From Candidatus Hodarchaeota archaeon (GTDB lineage: Archaea > Asgardarchaeota > Lokiarchaeia > Sigyniarchaeales > SOKP01), in assembly GCA_048887225.1 (NCBI GenBank), contig JBHLJY010000014.1, positions 1-64,000 on the forward strand: a stretch of 64,000 bases of DNA, read 5' to 3'. Shown here one piece after another: positions 1-8,305 of the stretch. Within the stretch, counting starts at the first letter, position 1; the number at the start of each line of letters is the position of its first letter. Made by a program: the position numbers and the translations under genes. A model generated the notes under the pieces. It searched no databases. It saw only the letters and a list, made by a program, of their open reading frames with translations, and was not told the origin of the DNA.

Positions 1-86
1 AAAGGAGATATTCATGAATGTATTTTAAAAGATAAAACAGATCTTTGTCGTTATACTCTTTATTTAGAAAAAAAAGAGAAATAAAA

Positions 87-1259
87 TTAAAATTTAAGAG
101 GATATACTCCATATTTTTTAGTTGCTTCAACCATCCATTTTAAATTTGAAACTTTAACTGCTGGATGCATATTTGCAGCGGAAACTATAAAACCTCCACC
201 AGGACCAGCAGTCTTAATTGCATATTTCACTGAATTAAATACTTCCTCTTGAGTACCATATACGAGATCATGAGCCACATCTATGTTGCCCATAAGACAC
301 AATTTATCACCTACTTTTTTCTTGACTAGCGCTAAATCAACGCCAGCGGTGGGTTCAAGGCTATGCAAACCATCAAAACCACAGTTAACAATAAAATCTA
401 ATAAAGGAGTGATTTGCCCATCTGTATGAAGCACTATTTTCCCGCCTCTCTCATGTACGGCCTCTGTGATAATTTTATAGGCAGGTAATAAAAGCTCATC
501 GTATTTTTTAGGATTCATCATAGGTCCTGTATGATACGCAAGATCGCCTGATTCTATGAAAACTTCAGCTCCAGCATCCATATAACTCATATAAAGATCT
601 TTTGTAAATGTGGCAAAAACTGCATGTACTTCTTTGAGAAATTTCGGATTTTTATGGAGCATCTTTGAATAATAGGTCATCCCCATTCCTTGGGATGTAC
701 TCTCAAATGTCCCTAAATAATCATTTGTAACTAAAACAAAAATGTTATCCTTATGTTTTTTATTTATGCGCCGAAAAAATTTTTTTGCCATTTTTTTATA
801 TTTCTCAGTCAAGGGTCCTTCAATATTTTCTTTGATCTCTTCCCATTTATCAATTGTTAGCGTACCATACAAATAATAAGGATTAAAATTTCCTTCGTTG
901 TCTCTAGCTTCCCAAACTCTTCCAAAGATATCTTTCATTAAAAGTCTTTCTTCATTAGGATCGTCAAAAAAGTAAAATGGGATAATTCCTACTTGCATAG
1001 CATCAAGACCTATCTTAGCAGCGGCCTCTACACATCGGGAAAAAACAGATGTTTCAACACTTTCAACCAAATTACTTAATTCCTCAACCCATCCGTTGGG
1101 ATTATCTCGCATTACTCTCTCAACAGTATCGAAATCGGTTATTTGTGGTTTTCCTAGAATCTCATCAACATTATTAGCATCAATTATTATTGTGTGACAA
1201 GGTACACGGTCAGGTTCTTCTAAATTTAACGTTGTGAGTACTCTTTCTCTACAATTCAT
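87..1259 (-). CDS. Uroporphyrinogen decarboxylase-family protein (MtaA/MtbA-like methylcobalamin:acceptor methyltransferase)
   Basis: N-terminal RERV..TL..EEPDRVP; LHTDG, GNID and GGGFIVS..N.H motifs; directly downstream of two corrinoid proteins. Confidence 0.85.
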   Translation of the reverse strand: MNCRERVLTTLNLEEPDRVPCHTIIIDANNVDEILGKPQITDFDTVERVMRDNPNGWVEELSNLVESVETSVFSRCVEAAAKIGLDAMQVGIIPFYFFDDPNEERLLMKDIFGRVWEARDNEGNFNPYYLYGTLTIDKWEEIKENIEGPLTEKYKKMAKKFFRRINKKHKDNIFVLVTNDYLGTFESTSQGMGMTYYSKMLHKNPKFLKEVHAVFATFTKDLYMSYMDAGAEVFIESGDLAYHTGPMMNPKKYDELLLPAYKIITEAVHERGGKIVLHTDGQITPLLDFIVNCGFDGLHSLEPTAGVDLALVKKKVGDKLCLMGNIDVAHDLVYGTQEEVFNSVKYAIKTAGPGGGFIVSAANMHPAVKVSNLKWMVEATKKYGVYPLKF

Positions 1260-1337
1260 ATATACCTTAACTCTTTTTTTAGAGATAATATAATCATATT
1301 ACTATTTTGATTTGTTTTGATCATATTTTCAAAAAGT

Positions 1338-1973
1338 TTATGATTCTGCTAATTCTTTAATATGCCTAACACCATCAACAGCATCGTCGGCAAAATCATC
1401 AGCACCTAATCTTTTTGCAAGTTTCATGTTTAAAGGTGCGCCACCAACAATTAATTTCACTTTATCCCTAAGTCCCGCAGCTTTTAGCGCTTCATGTACG
1501 GCTGTAATCTGATCAACTGTCATAGTTAAAAGAGAACTTAATCCCACTATTTTTGCTCCAGTTTTCTTTACTTCTTCTACGATAGTTTCTGCCTCAATAT
1601 CCATACCTAAATCTATCACTTCAAACCCAGAACTTAATAACAAAGTCCCAAGAAGATTTTTTCCAATATCGTGATTGTCACCTCTAACCGTTGCAATTAT
1701 CACTTTCACTTTTTTTATCGATTTATCAGAAGCAGCCATAGCGGGTTTTATTATTTTAAACGCTTCTTTCATGGTTTCTCCAGCTAATACCAATTCGGTT
1801 AAATAATATTCTTCTGCCTCGTATCGGCGCCCCACCTCATCCATTCCTTCAGTTAAGGCATTTAAAACATCATAAGGATCTTTTCCGTCTGTTTCAAGAG
1901 CTTCTTTTACTGCATCTGCAATATCATCAATCTCTAGCTCAATTACAAGTTCGGTTATTCTTTCAAAATCCAT
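1338..1973 (-). CDS. Corrinoid (B12-binding) methyltransferase protein, copy 2
   Basis: B12 cap (GMDEVGRRY..EYYLTELV) plus GDNHDIG, SSLLT and VGGAP motifs. Confidence 0.93.
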   Translation of the reverse strand: MDFERITELVIELEIDDIADAVKEALETDGKDPYDVLNALTEGMDEVGRRYEAEEYYLTELVLAGETMKEAFKIIKPAMAASDKSIKKVKVIIATVRGDNHDIGKNLLGTLLLSSGFEVIDLGMDIEAETIVEEVKKTGAKIVGLSSLLTMTVDQITAVHEALKAAGLRDKVKLIVGGAPLNMKLAKRLGADDFADDAVDGVRHIKELAES

Positions 1974-2025
1974 TATTTTTTTCCCTCGATTTTAATGTTG
2001 TTATAAATGTTTTTAAATAAAAAGA

Positions 2026-2661
2026 TTATATTCCTGCCAATTCTTTAATGTGTTTAACTCCATCAACAGCATCATCGGCAAAATCGTCAGCGCCTAGTTT
2101 CTTAGCAAGTTCCATGTTTAATGGTGCACCTCCAACAATCATTTTAACTTTATCTCGAAGCCCCGCTACCCGTAACGCTTCGTGGACAACTTTAATTTCT
2201 TCAACAGTCATAGTTAAAAGGGAACTTAATGCCACAATTTTAGCTCCAGTTTCTTTTACTTTATTTACGATAGTCTCTGAATCTACATCCATTCCTAGAT
2301 CGTGTAATTCAAAACCAGAGCTTAAAAGCAACGAACCAAGGATATTTTTTCCAATATCATGATTATCCCCTTTAACTGTTGCTAAAATAATCTTGGGTTT
2401 TTCACTAGATGTATCTGTTGCAGCTAACTTTGGTTGTAAGATATTAAACGCTTCCTTCATAGTTTCTCCAGCAAGAACGAGTTCAGTTAGATAATATTCT
2501 TTTTCATCATACCGTCTTCCAACTTCATCCATTCCTTTCGTTAAAGCGTTTAATACCTCAAACGGATCTTTTCCATCTATCTCAAGTGCTTCTTTTACAG
2601 CATCAGCAATGTCATCAACTTCTAATTCGATAATAAGTTCAGTTAGTTTTTCAAAATCCAT
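2026..2661 (-). CDS. Corrinoid (B12-binding) methyltransferase protein, copy 1
   Basis: Same motifs (GDNHDIG, SSLLT, VGGAP); same 211-aa length as its neighbour; tandem paralog. Confidence 0.93.
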   Translation of the reverse strand: MDFEKLTELIIELEVDDIADAVKEALEIDGKDPFEVLNALTKGMDEVGRRYDEKEYYLTELVLAGETMKEAFNILQPKLAATDTSSEKPKIILATVKGDNHDIGKNILGSLLLSSGFELHDLGMDVDSETIVNKVKETGAKIVALSSLLTMTVEEIKVVHEALRVAGLRDKVKMIVGGAPLNMELAKKLGADDFADDAVDGVKHIKELAGI

Positions 2662-2801
2662 AAAAATCGACTTTTCTTATTTAAACTTTTTTTACTCTCT
2701 TTTTTAATTTTTATATATATTTAACTTCAAATAAAGCATATGAATTAATTTACAATCATGTAATAATCAAAATTTTTTTTAAAAAATAAGAATATTAAAA
2801 A

Positions 2802-3102
2802 ACCCGATTCTCGATTTCAATTAAAATTGCTATAACCTTGTAATATGCCCCTCCACACCCGCACTGCAAAGCGTGAACACCTATACTTACGACTGCTCCC
2901 TCCCGGGCCTTATCGGGTTTATAATTACGAGCTTATATTTTTCCTACAAAAAATACTGCCCTGATACCCACCTATGCAGCCGATGCTTCGACGGAACATA
3001 AAACTGGATAAGAAAATTTTATGAAACCTTAAATCAGGCATTTCCGCTATGAGCATTTTGCGGTCCGTCCAGCATGGGACTTCAGACCTGCCCAAGTGGT
3101 CC
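2802..3102 (-). ncRNA. ffs: Signal recognition particle RNA (7S SRP RNA); ends approximate
   Basis: Minus strand carries helix 8 CGAUAAGGCCC-GGGA-GGGAGCAGUCG (2890-2915; GNRA loop, SRP54 motif) and helix 6 GUAUUUUUU-GUAG-GAAAAAUAU (GNAR loop, 2929-2961). Long helix 5: CCUGAUUU/GAAUCGGG, GGUUUCA/UGAAAUC, UAUGUUCC/GGGGCAUA, CUGCA/UGCAG, GUGGGUAUC/GGUGUUCAC. 5' Alu-like hairpins, U-tract after the 3' end, about 300 nt. Confidence 0.93.
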
Positions 3103-3251
3103 ATATCAAATTAAGAAGAAATGGAATAAAAACTTATTGAAATTAAGAGAAAAACGATATTTTCTAATATGTCTAATATTTAGAATTAATTAATACTTAT
3201 TGAATTAAATTCAACTTATAATAATGTAAAAATTCTTTCAATTGATTTATT

Positions 3252-4355
3252 ATGTCGAATGAAGTTGAATATATTGAAGCGAAAACTCTTGAGAATTTTA
3301 TGAGAGACGTTTTTAAGGGGCTTGGCGTACCAAAAGAAGATGCCAACATTATAGCTGATGTTCTAATCACCTCAGATTTAAGGGGTATTGATTCTCATGG
3401 AATTCAGCGCTGTAAAATGTATTATGACCGAATTAAAGAGGGAATCTATGAAACTAAAACTGAAATAGATATAATTAAGGAGAGTCCTACAACAGCTCTT
3501 CTTGATGGAGGGTGTGGGATGGGTCATGTTATAGCCTATAAAGCAATGAAGATGGCAATTGAAAAAGCAAAAATACACGGGGTAGGCGCAATAGCAGTAA
3601 GAAACTCCACCCATTTTGGCATTGCTGGCTATTATTCTTTAATGGCGATAAAAGAAGGAATGATTGGTATAGCAGTAACTAATGCCAGACCCTCAATCCC
3701 TCCTACCTTCGGTGTTGAACCAATGCTAGGTACCAATCCTTTAACCGCCGGCGCTCCTACAGACGAAAACTTTCCGTTTCTTATAGATTGTGCAACCTCA
3801 ATTGTTCAAAGAGGTAAAGTAGAAGTTTATAATAGGATGAATAAATCAATTCCCGATGGTGTGATTATTACTAATGATGGTAAAACTGAAACAGATCCAA
3901 AAAAAATATTGGATAATTTAGGAAAAGGTATGGCAGCTTTATTACCGTTAGGGGGAAAAGGAGAGGATACGGGCGGACATAAGGGATATGGATACGCGAC
4001 GTTAGTAGAAATCTTATCCGCAGCATTAACAAGTGGAATTTATCTTAAAGATACAATTGGAATTGTTGAAAAAGGGCAAAAACGTCTTAAAGTAGGTCAC
4101 TTTTTTTTAGCAATTAATATTGAAAATTTTATCCCTCTAGATACTTTCAAGAGGACGGCCGGTAATATTATGAGAGGTCTTAGAAGTTCTAAAAAAGCAC
4201 CTGGAGAAGATCGCATTTACACGGCAGGAGAAAAAGAATATGAAGCTGAAATTGAAAGAATTAAGAAAGGAATTCCTATTAATAAAAACTTGCAGCAAGA
4301 TATAAAAATAATGAAAGATGAGCTTGGTTTAGACAAATATAATTTTCCGTTTTAA
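3252..4355 (+). CDS. Ldh_2-family oxidoreductase (malate/L-lactate/L-sulfolactate dehydrogenase-like)
   Basis: DLRGIDSHG, RNSTHFG, GTNP, D.ATS and GHKGYG motifs. Confidence 0.92.
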   Translation: MSNEVEYIEAKTLENFMRDVFKGLGVPKEDANIIADVLITSDLRGIDSHGIQRCKMYYDRIKEGIYETKTEIDIIKESPTTALLDGGCGMGHVIAYKAMKMAIEKAKIHGVGAIAVRNSTHFGIAGYYSLMAIKEGMIGIAVTNARPSIPPTFGVEPMLGTNPLTAGAPTDENFPFLIDCATSIVQRGKVEVYNRMNKSIPDGVIITNDGKTETDPKKILDNLGKGMAALLPLGGKGEDTGGHKGYGYATLVEILSAALTSGIYLKDTIGIVEKGQKRLKVGHFFLAINIENFIPLDTFKRTAGNIMRGLRSSKKAPGEDRIYTAGEKEYEAEIERIKKGIPINKNLQQDIKIMKDELGLDKYNFPF

Positions 4356-4373
4356 TATGCTTTTTACTTTATT

Positions 4374-5825
4374 TTATTTTCCAGAATTGAAGATAATTCC
4401 ACCAGTTCGACCTTTCACTGGTTCGGAATGAAGAATTATTTCTTTTAAATTATCAATTTTTAATGTATTTTTGATTTGGATTTCTAAATCTGTTAAATAA
4501 TTGTGAACTTGAGAAATCTTTTGATCTCCATCAAAAAATATGTGAAGTTCTAAAATACAATAATTGGAAGTTGTCCAAAATTCAAGTCCATGATAACCTT
4601 TAACTGAAGGTTGTAATTTGAGGATTTCTTCAACATTTTGTTTAATTTTATTCAAGGAGTCCGAATCAATAATGCCACATTCAATATGTATTTGTGAGGA
4701 TAATTTTTCTTTATATTCACTTTCAATATGAGTTATTATTCGAGATAAAAATGGTGCTTGCGTTTTTAATTCATTTTCGAAGTTAGTACAAATTTCGTGT
4801 GCCTCTTTAAGGGATAATTCATCATTTACTATAGCAGTTAAGGATAAAAAATATTTATCCTTAATTCTAAAAACATTAAGATCTTTGACATTTAAAATAT
4901 CAGGAAATTCTGTTTTCATGGAATATATTAAATTTATAATATTCTCTCCTAATGACTCTTCTCCTCCTAAAGGATTCATTTCGACCAAACATTCAACATT
5001 ATAATTGGGAAAAAAACTCTGGCTCAAAGTTCGTATTGATTGAGTTATTTCGTGAGCGTGAATTACTGAAATATGATCTTCAACGGATAAATGAGTTTCT
5101 AAAAATAAATTGTTTCCACTAGCTCGTATTCTCAAATTTTCAACGCCGATAACATGTTCAAGATTAAATATAATTAGTCTAATATCTTCTAAAATCAATG
5201 AATCAATAGGATTCACATCTGTTAAGTCTTTTATACCCTTTTTTGCCAACATAACTGCTCCAATTATTATCCATGCTGATAGAGCAATACTAAAGAAAGG
5301 ATCTAATAAAAAAAACCCGATTAAAGCAAACATCAAACTAATGATAACAATTACAGCTCGCATCGAATCTTGGAAGAGATTTAAACCTTGAATTTCAAGT
5401 GTAGGACTATTACGGCGTTTTCCTTGCCAAATTAGTATTCTCGAAAAAATCAAATTCACAAAAAACGATATAATTAATATTATTAATCCAATATCAGGGT
5501 GAGCGACTTGATATGTCCCACTAATGATAACTTGTAGAGCATAAACAACTAGAATTACATATAAATTGATTAGGATAATTCCTTGAATTAATGCTCCAAT
5601 AGGATCTGTTTTAGAATGACCCCACATGTGATCGTAATCAGGCGGTTTTTGACTATGTTTTATCGAATAAAGAGTTATAGAAATAAAAACAATATCTACA
5701 AGCGTATCAACTGTTTCAGACAAGAAACTTAAACTACCTGTTATTAACACCCCATAAATTTTTAAGATAGATTGAAAAACTATAATTCCCAGTGTTATAA
5801 CACCAAACTTAAGTTTCTCATCCAT
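4374..5825 (-). CDS. Cation diffusion facilitator (FieF-like) with repeated C-terminal dimerisation domains
   Basis: TM region with ETVDTLVD and PPDYDHMWGH; three ZT_dimer-like repeats (AHEI..., IITHIES, IILHSEP). Confidence 0.88.
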   Translation of the reverse strand: MDEKLKFGVITLGIIVFQSILKIYGVLITGSLSFLSETVDTLVDIVFISITLYSIKHSQKPPDYDHMWGHSKTDPIGALIQGIILINLYVILVVYALQVIISGTYQVAHPDIGLIILIISFFVNLIFSRILIWQGKRRNSPTLEIQGLNLFQDSMRAVIVIISLMFALIGFFLLDPFFSIALSAWIIIGAVMLAKKGIKDLTDVNPIDSLILEDIRLIIFNLEHVIGVENLRIRASGNNLFLETHLSVEDHISVIHAHEITQSIRTLSQSFFPNYNVECLVEMNPLGGEESLGENIINLIYSMKTEFPDILNVKDLNVFRIKDKYFLSLTAIVNDELSLKEAHEICTNFENELKTQAPFLSRIITHIESEYKEKLSSQIHIECGIIDSDSLNKIKQNVEEILKLQPSVKGYHGLEFWTTSNYCILELHIFFDGDQKISQVHNYLTDLEIQIKNTLKIDNLKEIILHSEPVKGRTGGIIFNSGK

Positions 5826-5936
5826 TAATTCTCACATTTTATTTGGTTAGCATACTAAAAAAGTAAATTAATTTAATAAAAATTATTATTAGATTTATTA
5901 TTTTAAAGATAATTTTGGATAAAGGGGAAAAATTTT

Positions 5937-7367
5937 TTGACTAATCCTTTCACATTTCCTTTGATTAAACAAACGTTTCAAGCTCTCGGAAGAAATTTAA
6001 CACAGTATTGTAATAAGTGTAATGCAAATCGATTTGATTTGGTCATTGATAATTTAATTGGTGCGAAAAATAATTTATGTTTTAAATGTCGATTTCAAAG
6101 AAACCTTATAAAACTTCTATTAATCCGATGGTTTAAGTTTTACAATTTTGATTATAATACATTAGTTATGCTCTGCAAAAATCCAACAATGAGAAAGTTA
6201 ATCAAAAATATTTTCAAGGGGATGGGTTTATTTGGTCTCCAAAAACCTTTTATCACGGGGGCCCCATTGAGTGTAGTCTGGAACTACACAAAAAAGTGTA
6301 ATTTAAGATGTGCCCATTGTTTTTCCGATTCAAAATTTAATCAAAAATCTGATGATGAGCTCACAACCAATGAAGCAAAGCAAGTAATCAATATTTTAGC
6401 AGCTAATGATGTACTCACCGTGAATTTTTGCGGTGGTGAACCCCTTATGCGAGAAGATCTATTTGAAATTATTCAATATACAAATGATAAGGGAATATTT
6501 CCCTCTCTTTCTACTAATGCTACATTATTAACGAAAGATATTTGTCAGAAATTATATGATGCTGGTATCCGTGATATAACGATTAGTCTCGACGGAATTT
6601 CTTCAAAATCTCATGAACATTTACGAAATGTACTTGGAACCTTTGAGAAAGCAGTGAATGGAATCAAAAATGCCGTAGAATTTGGAAAGTTTGAGGAAAT
6701 TATCGTAAATACAACATTATTAAATTTTAATTATGATGAAATTCCTGATATTTATAAATTTATAAAAGAATTAGGAGCTACAGGTTATTACGTTTCAAGA
6801 ATTTTACCGACTGGTCGAGGTAAAGATTATCTCAAACATAGTGTTAGCAACGATGTAATGCTTAATACTATGAAATTTATGGCAAAAAAATTCATTCAAA
6901 ACGCTCTTGATGAAAGTGAATTGCTTGTATATGGACGTGGTATGCCTTACTTTAGCAGAGCTTGCTTTGAATTAAGCAATGGAGATGTCTTCCCTGTCTG
7001 TGAAATCCTAACAGGACATGAATCAAAATATCAAGAATTTTTCGATGGGAATGCTGCGAAAATTATAAATGAATTGTATCCTTTCTTTAGTGGTTGTGCG
7101 ACCGGATTGTTTTATTGTGGTTTGGATTGCGATGGAAATATACTGCCATGTGCTCCAGCCGGGCATATTAAGTTAGGTAAAATTCTTGAAAAAGGATTAT
7201 CTGAGATATGGATTAAAAGTCCCGTTTTGAATAAAATAAGACAACGTAATAAAATAAATGGGAAATGTTCAAAATGTAAGTCTAAAGTTTTTTGTGGAGG
7301 TTGCCGTTTAACTGCTTATGGTTTAACAGGAGATTGGCTCGGAAGTGATTTGAGTTGTCCTTATTAA
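5937..7367 (+). CDS. Radical SAM protein with SPASM domain
   Basis: CNLRCAHC, GGEP; C-terminal GC.....C..DG...PC and CxxCxxxxxCGGCR..AY...D..C. Confidence 0.93.
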   Translation: MTNPFTFPLIKQTFQALGRNLTQYCNKCNANRFDLVIDNLIGAKNNLCFKCRFQRNLIKLLLIRWFKFYNFDYNTLVMLCKNPTMRKLIKNIFKGMGLFGLQKPFITGAPLSVVWNYTKKCNLRCAHCFSDSKFNQKSDDELTTNEAKQVINILAANDVLTVNFCGGEPLMREDLFEIIQYTNDKGIFPSLSTNATLLTKDICQKLYDAGIRDITISLDGISSKSHEHLRNVLGTFEKAVNGIKNAVEFGKFEEIIVNTTLLNFNYDEIPDIYKFIKELGATGYYVSRILPTGRGKDYLKHSVSNDVMLNTMKFMAKKFIQNALDESELLVYGRGMPYFSRACFELSNGDVFPVCEILTGHESKYQEFFDGNAAKIINELYPFFSGCATGLFYCGLDCDGNILPCAPAGHIKLGKILEKGLSEIWIKSPVLNKIRQRNKINGKCSKCKSKVFCGGCRLTAYGLTGDWLGSDLSCPY

Positions 7368-7374
7368 AAAAATT

Positions 7375-8265
7375 CTATCTTTTAGCAGGAGAAGCATAAC
7401 AGTAATCGCAATTATGCTTACATCGAAAGATTCCAGTGTATCCTCCAATGTCTTTCGATTTATAACATCCACATGAATCTCTCTGCCCTGTATCCCTTAT
7501 TTTCGGAATTACTTCACCAACTATTTTTTCTATTTTGTAAGCGTCAATGCAATGTGCTTGTTCAATTCCGTCTATTTCGAGAAGATCTGGCTGGCAACAC
7601 GCTCTCAACTTTATATTATGTCGATTACATATCTCTATTAATCTATTAATTAATTCTAACTTCTTTTCTAAGGTAAGATCAATTGGGATTTTTCCTCTTT
7701 TCTCCATTCTTGTTTTAACTTTAGGATAAATAGTAGCAATTGAAAATATCATCTCATCTAAACCAAGAGGGCTAATGTGTTCAACAATATATTCGAACTT
7801 ATCTAAATTGTTTCTAATTTTGTCAGAATCTTTATTCTTATAAAGTATTATTGGATCAAAACGGTAACTGATTGAATTCGTTCCAAATTCATTAATTAAC
7901 CATTCTAATTGTTTGAATCTTTTCTCCAATGAGATTTTAATATTACTTTCTAATTCTGATGGAGAATTAATTGTAAATTGAAAGTAATGCCCATTGTACG
8001 ATTTGAAGAGTTCCTCGTATGAATTATAGGATTTTATCCATCCTTCAAAATTTTTGCTCCACCATACCCAACATTTCACATCTTTAGGATTTAACGAAAC
8101 GCGTGAAATTTGTTTTCGATTAAATGGATTAACCACATCTACATATCCTATTTTCATTTTTTCTATAACCCAATCCATTAAAAAAGCTGGAATGTCAGTT
8201 CTACGAGAACAGGATATTATAGGGGATTTAACTATTTTTATGGATTGGATTATATTACTTGACAT
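7375..8265 (-). CDS. DUF1848 family protein
   Basis: ISCSRRTDIPAF, WSKN, RFDP, GQR..CGC..SKDIG.Y..C.H.C.YCYA. Confidence 0.9.
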   Translation of the reverse strand: MSSNIIQSIKIVKSPIISCSRRTDIPAFLMDWVIEKMKIGYVDVVNPFNRKQISRVSLNPKDVKCWVWWSKNFEGWIKSYNSYEELFKSYNGHYFQFTINSPSELESNIKISLEKRFKQLEWLINEFGTNSISYRFDPIILYKNKDSDKIRNNLDKFEYIVEHISPLGLDEMIFSIATIYPKVKTRMEKRGKIPIDLTLEKKLELINRLIEICNRHNIKLRACCQPDLLEIDGIEQAHCIDAYKIEKIVGEVIPKIRDTGQRDSCGCYKSKDIGGYTGIFRCKHNCDYCYASPAKR

Positions 8266-8305
8266 TATCTTATCTATACAATAATTTAATATAATTTCTT
8301 TTTTG

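Noticed and set aside
2843-3107. Shorter SRP RNA model with a ~90-nt insertion, closed by ATATG/CATAT
   Set aside because: A continuous long helix 5 extending to ~2802 pairs the supposed insertion far better.
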